A stretch of 64,000 nucleotides of DNA from Minisyncoccota bacterium (GCA_041674225.1 JBAYWG010000001.1:254667-318666), one strand, 5' to 3'; positions 38,431 to 48,895 are shown, counted from the stretch's first letter. The notes: generated by a model from the letters alone, not told the origin. Program-made: numbers and translations.

Positions 38431-40374
38431 TTACTGCACAACTTTTGAATTAGTTAGGTCTGAAAGTCTCTCCATATCGGTTGTTGGATTTTCTGATGTG
38501 TGAGTTGTAGAAGTTTGAGTAAAGGTATCAGTCCCAATGAAAGTTGGGCTCATTATCAAGGCTGGAGTTTGCCCAACCTGACTAGCTGAAGGAGTGAAAG
38601 TAAGTTGCATAGAAACAGATCTGCTCGGATCAATAAAACCAACATGCTCCCGAACATCACCCAAATCCCATTCGATAGTTCTAGAAGATGGTATATATGT
38701 TACTTTTTCATTACTTGGCGAAATCATATTATTCCACCGTACATAAGGAGGAATAACGGCTGTAACTTTTCCATTTTGAAGAAGGTTTGATGAGTTTGAA
38801 AGACTCAATGTGACAGTATAATTTGTATCATTTTCAACTTTCGGAGGGATTGGTCCACTGTTTTGGAAAGGTCCACCCGCGTATGATGTAACAGCACTCA
38901 ACACCACATCAGATTTTAATTTAATTCTTTTTGCAGCATCAACTTTTATTTCCTCAGGGACAGAGTCTTCTGAAATTCTTTTTCCAGTAATGCTTGCATT
39001 CACAATTACTTCCGGATTTTTAAAAACAGCTTGTCGAGTAGCTAAAGTTTTTGTTCTAAAATTAAAACTTAAAGTCTGTGTCTCATCCACAGCAATAGAG
39101 GTGAAAAATTCCGGGCTTGTAACTTTATTCCAAGTAATAGTATTGTCACTAGAATTAAAGAATCCGTCAGATACTTCCAGACTAGCATCATCTAAAACTT
39201 CTCCGTCGAGTTTTAAAATAATCTGAGGCTCTGTCACCACACTTCCAGTATTGTTTTTATAAGTTAATCGGCCACTAATTTGCTTTCCACCCTCTCTAAC
39301 CAAATCCACACCCAATTCCCCATCAATAGAAATATCCATAGCAAGGAAAGGTTTTATTAAAGAAATTGATTTTGGAAGTGTTGTAAATTTAACTTTAAAA
39401 TCTTCTGATTCACTATTTTCAGACAGACCAACATTCCATTTAAAAACTCTTTCTTCATTGTTTTGACCTATCAAAGATCCCCGCACTGTAAATGTTTTTG
39501 ATTCTTGTGGTGCAAGTTTTTCAAAATGCCAAACATTATTTCCCTGCGATGGAGACACTGTTGATTGAGAAAAGTTAAAACCAAAAGGATATTCAGCGGT
39601 TACTAAAATATTTTCTAAACTACTATTTGAATTTGAAGAAACTGTCACATCAAAAGCTAGAGCCTGACCAGATGTAATTTCTTTTACAGTATCCACCACA
39701 AGACGAATCGGTGAAGATTGCAAAGCCAGAGTGAAAGTTTTTTTAGTCTCAAATATTGCATTCGAGTTTGGCATTCTGTATTCTGCTCGCACTTCAATTT
39801 CTTTTTGATCACCCTCTTGTCCGAAAAGAGTTGCTGAATACGTCTTCTTAACAATTGAATTTGGCGGAATATCCCCCAAACCTTCTCTTATACGAGGAAG
39901 ATCTGTGGTTTGATCAACAGTTTTTGTACCGTCTGGAAATTCTAAAACAATATCAACTGTTTGAATCGCAAAAGGATTTCTGTTTTGAATAATAATATCT
40001 AGAGACATGTCTTCTCCTCCGCCCACAGCAACTGGACCAACAACAGAAACATCAACAGTACTTGAATATACTGCAGTGCCACTACCATTGAATTTATAAA
40101 AAGCAAAACCTAGTGCACCGATGAAAAAAATAAATGCGAAAATAAATATTTTTGTAAAAAAAGACATTTTGTTTGATTTAACTGTTTTCGAAAAACTATC
40201 TTGTTCAAGATCCCCCCAAGAATCTGGTACGTCTTTCACTTCTCTTTTTAAATTTTGCCTTGTACGAATTTGGAATTGAGTATTAGGAGAATAAAGCTTT
40301 TCTTGAAGCTTTGTTACACGACTTTTGACGTTTTTATCATTATTTAAATTAGACAAATCTAATGGCTCGTTCAT
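38431..40374 (-). CDS. hypothetical large single-pass membrane / extracellular protein
   Basis: 647 aa with one TM after about 75 cytoplasmic residues, then a beta-rich ectodomain; no family recognised. Confidence 0.5.
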   Translation of the reverse strand: MNEPLDLSNLNNDKNVKSRVTKLQEKLYSPNTQFQIRTRQNLKREVKDVPDSWGDLEQDSFSKTVKSNKMSFFTKIFIFAFIFFIGALGFAFYKFNGSGTAVYSSTVDVSVVGPVAVGGGEDMSLDIIIQNRNPFAIQTVDIVLEFPDGTKTVDQTTDLPRIREGLGDIPPNSIVKKTYSATLFGQEGDQKEIEVRAEYRMPNSNAIFETKKTFTLALQSSPIRLVVDTVKEITSGQALAFDVTVSSNSNSSLENILVTAEYPFGFNFSQSTVSPSQGNNVWHFEKLAPQESKTFTVRGSLIGQNNEERVFKWNVGLSENSESEDFKVKFTTLPKSISLIKPFLAMDISIDGELGVDLVREGGKQISGRLTYKNNTGSVVTEPQIILKLDGEVLDDASLEVSDGFFNSSDNTITWNKVTSPEFFTSIAVDETQTLSFNFRTKTLATRQAVFKNPEVIVNASITGKRISEDSVPEEIKVDAAKRIKLKSDVVLSAVTSYAGGPFQNSGPIPPKVENDTNYTVTLSLSNSSNLLQNGKVTAVIPPYVRWNNMISPSNEKVTYIPSSRTIEWDLGDVREHVGFIDPSRSVSMQLTFTPSASQVGQTPALIMSPTFIGTDTFTQTSTTHTSENPTTDMERLSDLTNSKVVQ

Positions 40375-40430
40375 GATAAAAATTATAACATGCGGGTTTT
40401 ATATTTGATAAAAGAAAAAGTCGCAGGTTT

Positions 40431-40823
40431 TTATTCAAAACCTGCGACTACTTTAAGGAAGAGTTTTTGCAAACCCCTTCTTCCATCCGGAAGCCAACAA
40501 TCGCTGACATAACAAATGGATTTAGAGGCCGATGTAACACTAAACGGAGTATACCCACAACCTTTGGGTATAAAAACCCCAAAACCACGGATAAAAGATT
40601 CTTGAAATAGAGTCAATAAATGAAAAGTCGATATGGGAAAATCATTATTCCCTGAAATAAGATGGTCTGCCAGAATTAAATCAGCAATCGGATTTTCTTC
40701 AGTTGATAACAAAAGAATATCTCTCAATGCCTCATATCCGTGAACAAACAAAACCTTATGACCTTCAAACTCTTTTTCAATATTTGTTCCGTTGTCGTCC
40801 AAACAAGAGTATATGATGTTCAT
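40431..40823 (-). CDS. hypothetical protein (130 aa)
   Basis: ORF only. Confidence 0.4.
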   Translation of the reverse strand: MNIIYSCLDDNGTNIEKEFEGHKVLFVHGYEALRDILLLSTEENPIADLILADHLISGNNDFPISTFHLLTLFQESFIRGFGVFIPKGCGYTPFSVTSASKSICYVSDCWLPDGRRGLQKLFLKVVAGFE

Positions 40824-40861
40824 TTGTTTATGAACTTACTTTTTTGAAACAAAATTGTCAA

Positions 40862-41458
40862 CTACAACTGACTTTCGCGGATTCCTGAGTTTATAACCTT
40901 CAAAGCATCTCTTCGCTCAGCTTTCATTTTTTCTACGACTTCCCCATCCCATGTATCATTCAAAATATAAAAATTAATATTTTCATTTGAACCTATGTAT
41001 CCTAGTCGATTTAAAATTCTTAAAACAATCACTGCTTCGATATCCAAAATTAATTCTTTACTAAAATTTTCTACATCTTGATTTTGTTTTAAGAAAATAA
41101 TTCCAGAATGAATTATTTCAAATAATTTTTCATCTCCCGTTTCACCAGCCACGAGTCTTTCAAGTAATTTAAAAATTCTTGCAATCACAGAAACTATTTC
41201 TGTTTTTGATTTAAGGAAATTACTTTCCAATGGAGCAGCGTTTGTGAGCCTCCAAACTCCTTTTCCGCGCACAAGCGACACATGACACATAGATAGAGTC
41301 TGTGTCCCGAAACGCAGTTTTGATTTTTCATATCTTATTCCTTGCGCCACAGCACGAATCAAACCAAGTTCTTCGGTAAAAAGAGTTAGCATTGCATCGG
41401 CTTCTCCGTGTGGAGTATTTTTTAATACAAAAGCATTTGTTTCGTAAATATGATGCAT
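40862..41458 (-). CDS. recO: DNA repair protein RecO
   Basis: N-terminal OB-fold pattern (ETNAFVLKNTPHGEADAMLTLFTEELGLIRAVAQGIRYEKSKLRF). Confidence 0.65.
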   Translation of the reverse strand: MHHIYETNAFVLKNTPHGEADAMLTLFTEELGLIRAVAQGIRYEKSKLRFGTQTLSMCHVSLVRGKGVWRLTNAAPLESNFLKSKTEIVSVIARIFKLLERLVAGETGDEKLFEIIHSGIIFLKQNQDVENFSKELILDIEAVIVLRILNRLGYIGSNENINFYILNDTWDGEVVEKMKAERRDALKVINSGIRESQL

Positions 41459-41459
41459 T

Positions 41460-44400
41460 TTATGAAACCTTTTTAATTTTTACAGCAATATCAATATCGC
41501 CCACTTTCACAGTTTCTCCGTCATTATCTTCAAACTTAATTTCTTTTGCACGAACTGATTTTTGAATTTCATTAACAAAATCCCCTACTTCTATTTTTGC
41601 AGAAGCCGAAACAATCATTGATATTTCATCATTTGGTTTGTAGCCAGATGTTTTTCGAAGTTGTTGAATAAATCTAATTAGCTCTCGAGCATTTCCTTCG
41701 AGTCGTAATTCTTCGGTAAGGTTTGTATCAAGAGACACTTCTGAGTCTTGATTTATATTAAACAAAACATCCTTAACATTTAATTCGTCTTTCAAAATTT
41801 CCAACAAATCATTTTTGTTTTTCAATTCTTCTTTTTTAAGAGTCACTGAAGCAAGTGGTTGTCGAACCTTGATTCCAACTTTTGTTCTTTCGTCTAGAGC
41901 TCGTGTCACTGTGTCTCGCAAAACTTGCATGCTAGAAATAATTTTCTCGTCTGACTTTTTAAGTTGTGGCCAAGAATCTAAATGGACACTTTCAAAATCA
42001 TTTTTTTCTCTCACTTTTTGATAAATATCTTCAGCAATAAAAGGTGTAAACGGAGCAATAAGTTTTGATAAGTTCTTCAAAACAAATTTTGTTGTTTGAG
42101 CTGCAAAAACAGCGTCTTCATTTTCTTCATCGAAGTTTTTAAATCTGTCTCGTGAACGACGAATATACCAAGTTGATAAATCATCCACAAAATCCATAAA
42201 CGGCCGAGTAGCTCTGTCTATTTCATAATTATCCAAACTCACTGTGACTTGATTTTGTAACTCAGAAAGCCGAGATAGAATCCATTGATCCAAAATGTTT
42301 GTACTTTCTTTTGCAACTTCAGAATTTTTAGAAAAATCTTTATACATCTCATAGAATGAAACTACATTATCTAATCTTGAAATCAGTTTGCTAGCGATTT
42401 CGGCAACTCCCTTTTCTGAAAAAGCCACGTCATCAGATTTCACTGCAGGTGAAGACATCAAGAAATATCTCAAAGAATCTGCGCCAGTTTTATTTAAAAC
42501 AGTGGATATATCAGGAAAATTATTTAGACTCTTCGACATTTTTTTACCATCTTCCGCCAACACAAGACCATTTACAACAACATTTTTATACGGCGCTCGT
42601 CCAAATAAAGCAGTATTCAAAACTAGCAATGAATAAAACCAACCACGAGTTTGATCTAAACCTTCAGCAATAAAATCCGCAGGATAATTTTTTGACTTTT
42701 TAAACAAACCAGAATCCGGACTAAATCTTTCTTTATTTGCAGGGTAATAATTTGAAGCATATGGAACAGAACCAGAATCCACCCAGGTATCAAAAACATC
42801 TGGAATTCTTTTCATCAATTTTCCGTTTTGCATGAAAGTCACATCATCAATATAAGGACGATGTAAATCAATTTCAAAATTATCATTTAGCGGCAATCTT
42901 GTTGGGATTAATTCCAAAGTTTTTCCTGTTGCAATAAAATCTTCTTTATCTTCTTTTATCGCGATTGTTTCTTCTTTATTTAAACCTCCGTTTGATGCAA
43001 CTAGCGCCCAAGTTGGATACTCATGAGTTACAATTATAATTCTTTTATTTTCATTTTGAGAATCAATTTCTTTTAGAAAATTCCCTACTCTTTTTTTCAA
43101 ATCTAAAACAGTTTCTGCACCATCGGCACATTTTTCAAATCTATCTTGTAGAGTTGGAAGATAATCTCGGTACTCAGAAATCGGTCGACCGTCAAAACCA
43201 GTTTGAATTTCTTTCAGTCTTTCATCAACAATAATTTTTTCTATCGGATATCCGATTTTTTCAGCAACAATTTCTGCTGTTTCTTTTGTCCGGAAAAGCG
43301 GAGAGCAATAAATCTCATCAAATTTTTCATCTGCAAATTTCTCCCCCACTCTCGCCACATCATCCTTTCCTTTTTGAGTTAAATGACTCGGAGAATTATT
43401 ACTGTCAGAAGTTCTGTTTTCCAAATTGTGATCTGCTTCACCATGACGCATTACCACAAATGTGTTTGTGCTTTTTGTTTTTTCTTTTAGATCATCTATT
43501 GAACCAATCACAGCAATCTCATTTCCATCTTCAGATTTCCATATTGGAATCGGTGTTCCCCAAAATCGTGCACGAGAAACAGACCAATCTTTCGCATCTT
43601 TCAACCAATTTCCAAAACGATTTTTTCCAACAAAATCCGGAGTCCAATTTACTTTTTCATTTTCTTTAACAATTTTATCTTTTATAGACGTCACCTTTAT
43701 GTACCAAGAAGACATCGCGTAATTTAAAAGTGGCGCATCTGTTCTCCAACAATGAGGATACGAGTGAGTATATTTTTTCTTATCAAACAAGAATCCGTTG
43801 TGTGCTAAATATTTCACAAACTCAATATCTGTTTGCATTGGATCTTCTTTTGGTTTTGCTTGAAGGCCAGCAAATTCTTTTACTTCTGGCTTTATAGTTC
43901 CATCAATTTTTACATGTTGTACAAAAGGTAGATTGTTTTCTTTCCCGAGGTTCAAATCGTCTTCACCAAATGCAGGAGCAATATGAACCACACCAGTTCC
44001 GTCTGTTGTTGTGACAAAATCACCATGATAAATTTTCCAACCATTTTCACGATTTTCTAAAGTTGCATCGTCAATATAACAATTGAAAGGTGGTGTGTAT
44101 TTCTTCCCTAACAATTCTTCTGCAGAAATTTCTGAAACCACTTCATGCTCTTTTCCTACAAAAACTTTTTCAACTAAATCTTTTGCTGCAATATAAATCG
44201 CATTTTCAAACTTAACTTTCACATATGAAAGATTTTTATTTATCGCAAGAGCGACATTTCCAGGAAGTGTCCACGGAGTTGTTGTCCAAGCCAAAACAAA
44301 AGTTCCCTTCTCTTCTGCCAATTCAAATTTCACTGTCGCAGATAAATCTGTGATGTCTTTGTATGCTTGATTTACTTCGAAGTTTGAAAGTGCGGTCTCA

Positions 44401-44960
44401 AGTAAAGGAGAAATGTGCATTGATTTGAAACCTTCATATGCCAAACCTTTTTGATGCAAGGTCTTCCACATCCACCAAACAGATTCCATATATTTTGAAT
44501 CCATTGTGATGTAGTTATCTTCAAAATCAACCCAACGACCAGTTCGTGGAATTATTTTTTTCCATTCATCAAGATATCGAAACACACTTGCTCGAGCAGC
44601 TTCGTTAAAATTTTTAACTCCAAAATTTTCTACATCTTGTTTTGTTTTAAGATTATTTTCTTTTTGAATTAAATTTTCAATCGGCAAACCATGTGTATCC
44701 CAACCCCATCGACGAGAAACTTTATAACCCGTCATTGTTTTGTATCTTGGGATTATATCTTTGATTGTTCCAGGTAGAATGTGTCCGTAGTGTGGCAACC
44801 CTGTTGCAAAAGGAGGACCATCATAAAAAACAAAATCACCTTTTGTGGATTCTCTTTCGATAGTCTTTTTGAAAATATTATTTTCTTCCCAAAAATTAAG
44901 GATTTTCTCTTCCCTTTGAGCTATTTGACTTTTATTAGTTTCGTCAGCTTCATTTGTCAT
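41460..44960 (-). CDS. ileS: isoleucyl-tRNA synthetase with an inserted histidine-phosphatase-like domain
   Basis: PPFATGLPHYGHIL (HIGH), KMSKSLNN, and editing/anticodon-binding regions; an extra segment of about 180 aa (residues about 500-680) carries RHGEADHN and VTHEY motifs. Confidence 0.9.
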   Translation of the reverse strand: MTNEADETNKSQIAQREEKILNFWEENNIFKKTIERESTKGDFVFYDGPPFATGLPHYGHILPGTIKDIIPRYKTMTGYKVSRRWGWDTHGLPIENLIQKENNLKTKQDVENFGVKNFNEAARASVFRYLDEWKKIIPRTGRWVDFEDNYITMDSKYMESVWWMWKTLHQKGLAYEGFKSMHISPLLETALSNFEVNQAYKDITDLSATVKFELAEEKGTFVLAWTTTPWTLPGNVALAINKNLSYVKVKFENAIYIAAKDLVEKVFVGKEHEVVSEISAEELLGKKYTPPFNCYIDDATLENRENGWKIYHGDFVTTTDGTGVVHIAPAFGEDDLNLGKENNLPFVQHVKIDGTIKPEVKEFAGLQAKPKEDPMQTDIEFVKYLAHNGFLFDKKKYTHSYPHCWRTDAPLLNYAMSSWYIKVTSIKDKIVKENEKVNWTPDFVGKNRFGNWLKDAKDWSVSRARFWGTPIPIWKSEDGNEIAVIGSIDDLKEKTKSTNTFVVMRHGEADHNLENRTSDSNNSPSHLTQKGKDDVARVGEKFADEKFDEIYCSPLFRTKETAEIVAEKIGYPIEKIIVDERLKEIQTGFDGRPISEYRDYLPTLQDRFEKCADGAETVLDLKKRVGNFLKEIDSQNENKRIIIVTHEYPTWALVASNGGLNKEETIAIKEDKEDFIATGKTLELIPTRLPLNDNFEIDLHRPYIDDVTFMQNGKLMKRIPDVFDTWVDSGSVPYASNYYPANKERFSPDSGLFKKSKNYPADFIAEGLDQTRGWFYSLLVLNTALFGRAPYKNVVVNGLVLAEDGKKMSKSLNNFPDISTVLNKTGADSLRYFLMSSPAVKSDDVAFSEKGVAEIASKLISRLDNVVSFYEMYKDFSKNSEVAKESTNILDQWILSRLSELQNQVTVSLDNYEIDRATRPFMDFVDDLSTWYIRRSRDRFKNFDEENEDAVFAAQTTKFVLKNLSKLIAPFTPFIAEDIYQKVREKNDFESVHLDSWPQLKKSDEKIISSMQVLRDTVTRALDERTKVGIKVRQPLASVTLKKEELKNKNDLLEILKDELNVKDVLFNINQDSEVSLDTNLTEELRLEGNARELIRFIQQLRKTSGYKPNDEISMIVSASAKIEVGDFVNEIQKSVRAKEIKFEDNDGETVKVGDIDIAVKIKKVS

Positions 44961-45016
44961 AAATTACAGCATACGATATTTAAGGCTTTGTTTCAATTGT
45001 GAGGGTAAAAGAAAAA

Positions 45017-45041
45017 AGCGCATCCCTATCAGGGATGCGCT
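45017..45041 (-). terminator. rho-independent terminator (agcgcatccct-atc-agggatgcgct)
   Basis: 11-bp stem with a T-run on the minus strand. Confidence 0.65.
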
Positions 45042-45050
45042 TTAAAGACT

Positions 45051-45404
45051 TTAGGCACAAAACCTCTCCGAATCTTCCATAGGAAACCCGTGTTCAGAAA
45101 GAATCTGAGCAGCCTCCTCAAACTGAGGAAGAACATCGGTTCCATAGTTTTGAAGAGCCTTCGAAATATGGAGAAAGATACTTGTGGCAAATTGATGTGG
45201 TGATCGCCGAAAAAAACTTCTCGGCTCTAAACCATCAGGTTGATAGGTTCGAGGGAGTTCAGAAATAACAGTTCTTTTAATTGGCTCAAAAGTAACCTCA
45301 ACTTTAACCCAATCTTTATTGGGAAGTTGTGCTTCACAAATCAGTTCGTGAATCATTTCATTTTTACAAACAGAAATGAATAATTTTTCTAGTTCTTGTG
45401 CCAT
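45051..45404 (-). CDS. hypothetical protein (117 aa), monocistronic
   Basis: ORF with its own terminator; GC-elevated. Confidence 0.45.
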   Translation of the reverse strand: MAQELEKLFISVCKNEMIHELICEAQLPNKDWVKVEVTFEPIKRTVISELPRTYQPDGLEPRSFFRRSPHQFATSIFLHISKALQNYGTDVLPQFEEAAQILSEHGFPMEDSERFCA

Positions 45405-45497
45405 AATTTTTTAAGGGGTTCAATTCAAATACAAAATTACAACTAAAAACAATTGCAGTCAACACAGAACTGAAATGATTTTGAAAACATAAGAGAA

Positions 45498-45520
45498 AAG
45501 ACCGACACGGAGTGTCGGTC
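45498..45520 (-). terminator. rho-independent terminator (agaccgacac-gga-gtgtcggtct)
   Basis: 10-bp stem with a T-run on the minus strand. Confidence 0.65.
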
Positions 45521-45536
45521 TTTTATTTTGGACTTA

Positions 45537-45956
45537 TCAGAACTTCTCGCAAATAGCGTAATCTTCATCACGAAACGCATACGCAATCCTGCGAATTCCT
45601 TTGATCCAACGACCATCTCGCTTGTATATACAAACAACATAATCATCACCATCTGTCTCGCGGGACAGACAGAACCTGGTTCCCCAGAAAAAATTAAAAC
45701 CATTTTCCCATTCTGAAGGAATCAGCTCCTGATTACTCATAAAAAAATCAGCAACACAGGCATTCAAAGGTTTCTTATTAATCACCTCATCGTAGAGTTT
45801 TGCCCCTTTGATGTGAAAGGTTTTTTGCACATCAGATCTCCATCGATCAATTTTTTCAGGGCACAAATCCACAATACCTCCCCGGTCATGAGCGGAGATT
45901 ATCATTCCACCAGGAATGATTGGTGTAGGATCACAATCAATAGTAATTGTTTTCAT
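45537..45956 (-). CDS. hypothetical protein (139 aa), monocistronic
   Basis: ORF with its own terminator; GC-elevated. Confidence 0.45.
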   Translation of the reverse strand: MKTITIDCDPTPIIPGGMIISAHDRGGIVDLCPEKIDRWRSDVQKTFHIKGAKLYDEVINKKPLNACVADFFMSNQELIPSEWENGFNFFWGTRFCLSRETDGDDYVVCIYKRDGRWIKGIRRIAYAFRDEDYAICEKF

Positions 45957-46034
45957 GTTTATTTTAATTTTGTTTGATTTTAAAGATCTCTAACACTTTT
46001 CAAAATCTATAACAAAACCATCTTTAGTCAACAC

Positions 46035-47750
46035 CTACATCCTCTCCGGCAATCCAATTCCCAAAATTTCCAAACCGTTTTGCAAAACAGTCAGAGTAGC
46101 TTGTGTGATCCCAACTTTGTACGAAGTCCCGATATTTTGTTTATCAATAATTTGTTCAGAAGAATAGAAAGAATTAAATTCACTAGATAATTCTGTGAGG
46201 TATGTGATTAATTTTTGCGGAGCTAGTTCATCATAAGCTTCGGCAACAACTTCTGGAAAACGATTTAATATTTTTTCAATATTTTTCACTTGCCAATCTT
46301 CTGGTTGAGTTCCCCCCACTAAACCAAGTCCTTCATTTTCTGCTTTTCTCAAAATAGATGAAGCTCGCATTGCGGTGTATTGAAGATACGGTCCAGAATC
46401 GCCTTCGAAAGAAAGTGATTTATCAAAATCAAAGATGATATCTTTTCCAATTGATTGTTTTAAAATTGAATATTTTAAAGAACCAAGGGCAACTTTTTCT
46501 AGGACTTGCTCTTTAATTTCCTCTTCATATTCTCTGTCTGCATTTTTTTCAGAAACTTTTGTTCGCACATCCTCAATCAAACTTTCAGCAGAAATTACAT
46601 TACCTGTACGAGAACTCATTTTTCCTGAAGGTAATTTCAACATTCCGTGAGAAATATGTGTTGTCTTCGCTTCTAACTCTGGAAAAATTTCTTGCATCGC
46701 TTTCAAGACCACTTTGAAATAATGCTCTTGCTCATTTGCGGTGATCACAATCGAACGATCGTATGCATAGGTTTCAGCTTTAATTTTTGCCAAACCAAGT
46801 TCTTTTGCTTCGTATGTCGGAAGTCCCATTGAGTTTATGAAAACACGCGTGTGCAGTCCGTGCTTTTCACCTTTATAAACCACAGCTCCATCCCCCATTT
46901 CAAAAATTCCTGTTGGAATATTTTTTTGCACAACATCTTTTCCAAACCCAGCAGTTTCACTTTCAAGAAAATATAAATCAAATTTAGTTCCCAATCTTTT
47001 GTAAACAATTTCAAAAGCCTCCAAGCTCCACTTTCTTCCTTTTTCATAATAAATATTTAACTCATGATTTGATTTTTCAAAAATCATTTTATTAGTCACT
47101 TCAATTTCTTTTTTTGCAGATTCATCCACTTCATATTCATGAGAACCAAAAGAATACGCATTTGAAAGAAAACGTACTTTTATATCTAAAGGATCATCAT
47201 CGTGCGGAAAGCCTGCGCGATTTTGAATCATTCCCCACACAGCCATTGCCACATGCAGACCCACATCACCTTGATAAACAGCTCTCTTCACTTCCGCGCC
47301 GTTCCATTCGGATATTTTGCAAATTGTTTCGCCAATAAAATTACTCATCATGTGTCCAATATGAAGAATCTTAAAAGGATTTGGATCTGTGAATTCGATA
47401 ATAGTTTTTTGATTATTTAAACGATTGTTTCGTCCGTAGTTTTTTCCCTGATTGATTACATCGTGTACTACTTCTTCAAAAAATTTGTCAGACAAATGAA
47501 AATTGATAAACCCAGGTCCAGCCACCTCAACTTTTTTTACTTCAAAATCAAAACTTGCTTCTAGACCTCTCTGCATTTCATTCGCAACTTCAACTGGATT
47601 CTTTCCAAGACTTTTTCCCAGAATCATCGCCACGTTCGTAGAATAATCACCATTTGCCAAATCCGCAGGATGCTCCACTACAAAATCAACCTCAGGCAAC
47701 CCAAGCCCTGTGATTATTTCTTTTATTACGCCCTTTATTTTCTCTTGCAT
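46035..47750 (-). CDS. argS: arginyl-tRNA synthetase
   Basis: ArgRS N-terminal domain (PADLANGDYSTNVAMILGKSLGKNPVEVANEM), class I core, and DALR-type C-terminus. Confidence 0.85.
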   Translation of the reverse strand: MQEKIKGVIKEIITGLGLPEVDFVVEHPADLANGDYSTNVAMILGKSLGKNPVEVANEMQRGLEASFDFEVKKVEVAGPGFINFHLSDKFFEEVVHDVINQGKNYGRNNRLNNQKTIIEFTDPNPFKILHIGHMMSNFIGETICKISEWNGAEVKRAVYQGDVGLHVAMAVWGMIQNRAGFPHDDDPLDIKVRFLSNAYSFGSHEYEVDESAKKEIEVTNKMIFEKSNHELNIYYEKGRKWSLEAFEIVYKRLGTKFDLYFLESETAGFGKDVVQKNIPTGIFEMGDGAVVYKGEKHGLHTRVFINSMGLPTYEAKELGLAKIKAETYAYDRSIVITANEQEHYFKVVLKAMQEIFPELEAKTTHISHGMLKLPSGKMSSRTGNVISAESLIEDVRTKVSEKNADREYEEEIKEQVLEKVALGSLKYSILKQSIGKDIIFDFDKSLSFEGDSGPYLQYTAMRASSILRKAENEGLGLVGGTQPEDWQVKNIEKILNRFPEVVAEAYDELAPQKLITYLTELSSEFNSFYSSEQIIDKQNIGTSYKVGITQATLTVLQNGLEILGIGLPERM

Positions 47751-47773
47751 GATTTTGTTAGTTTAACAGCATT

Positions 47774-48469
47774 TTAGTTTCTATCAATCAGATCATTTAC
47801 CGAATCCAAAACTATTTTATGAATTTCTTCTCGTGTCATCATCTCCCCATCCGGAGCACAAACTACTGTTTTCCAATTAAATTTATCTGCAACATATTTA
47901 TAAGCTTCCGAAGCATTTTTTAAATGATCTAAATCCGCCTCATGAATATCTCTCTTTTCACCTTTTGTATATTCTCTAGAAGATTTCTGATCAACAAGTT
48001 TTTGACCAACTTCTGGAGGAACATAAAGAAATATAACTTCATCTGGTTTTGGTATACCACAGATTTCATATTCGAGTTCATGAAGCCAATCCAAAAATTT
48101 ATCTCGCTCTTCTTGATCTCTTATCTTCCCAGTCTGATGACCCATACTCGCAGAAACATATCTGTTACTCACAATACAAACACCTTCCTCAAGCCATTTA
48201 TACATTTGAGTAGAAACATCAAATCTATCGAGTGCATAAAAAAGTGAAGCTCGTTTTGCACCAACCTCATCTGCTGTTCCATATTCTCCTCTCAAATATT
48301 TTTCAACAAAATGAGATGATGGATTTCCATATTGAGGAAAATCTGTAACAACAACTTGAACTCCTTGAGATTTCAATGCTTCCACAAGTAATTCAGTTTG
48401 AGTTCCTTTTCCAGAACCATCTGTTCCATCAATCACAATAAATTTTCCTTTTTTATTTTTTGTTTCCAT
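47774..48469 (-). CDS. tmk: thymidylate kinase
   Basis: P-loop GKFIVIDGTDGSGKGTQTELL. Confidence 0.85.
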   Translation of the reverse strand: METKNKKGKFIVIDGTDGSGKGTQTELLVEALKSQGVQVVVTDFPQYGNPSSHFVEKYLRGEYGTADEVGAKRASLFYALDRFDVSTQMYKWLEEGVCIVSNRYVSASMGHQTGKIRDQEERDKFLDWLHELEYEICGIPKPDEVIFLYVPPEVGQKLVDQKSSREYTKGEKRDIHEADLDHLKNASEAYKYVADKFNWKTVVCAPDGEMMTREEIHKIVLDSVNDLIDRN

Positions 48470-48472
48470 TTT

Positions 48473-48895
48473 TTATTTCCCAGTACTTCCAAATCCACCC
48501 TCTCCCCGCGTAGTGTCAGAAAGCTCAGCTGATTCTATCAAATTCACTTGTTCAACTTTTTGAATCAGCATTTGTGCGATTTTGTGTCCTGCTTCAAAGT
48601 GATATGTTTCGTCGCTCAAATTTATCATTCCAACTTTTATTTCTCCGCGGTATTCAGAGTCGACCACACCACCAACAGTTTTCAATCCGGACTTATGAGA
48701 CAATCCGCTTTTATCCCAAATCAAACCAACACAGCCTTCAGGAATTTCCATTGCAATACCAGTTGATATTTGAACTCTCTGGTTTGGCTCCACTGAAATA
48801 TTTTCTAAACAAAATAAATCCATACCTGCATCAAATGAATGTGCGTATTGTGGAGCAACAGCATTTTCATTTAATTTTTTAAATTTAATTTGCAT
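48473..48895 (-). CDS. dut: dUTP diphosphatase
   Basis: dUTPase motifs (GLIWDKSGLSHKSGL, VVDSEYRGEI, RGEGGFGSTG). Confidence 0.85.
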   Translation of the reverse strand: MQIKFKKLNENAVAPQYAHSFDAGMDLFCLENISVEPNQRVQISTGIAMEIPEGCVGLIWDKSGLSHKSGLKTVGGVVDSEYRGEIKVGMINLSDETYHFEAGHKIAQMLIQKVEQVNLIESAELSDTTRGEGGFGSTGK

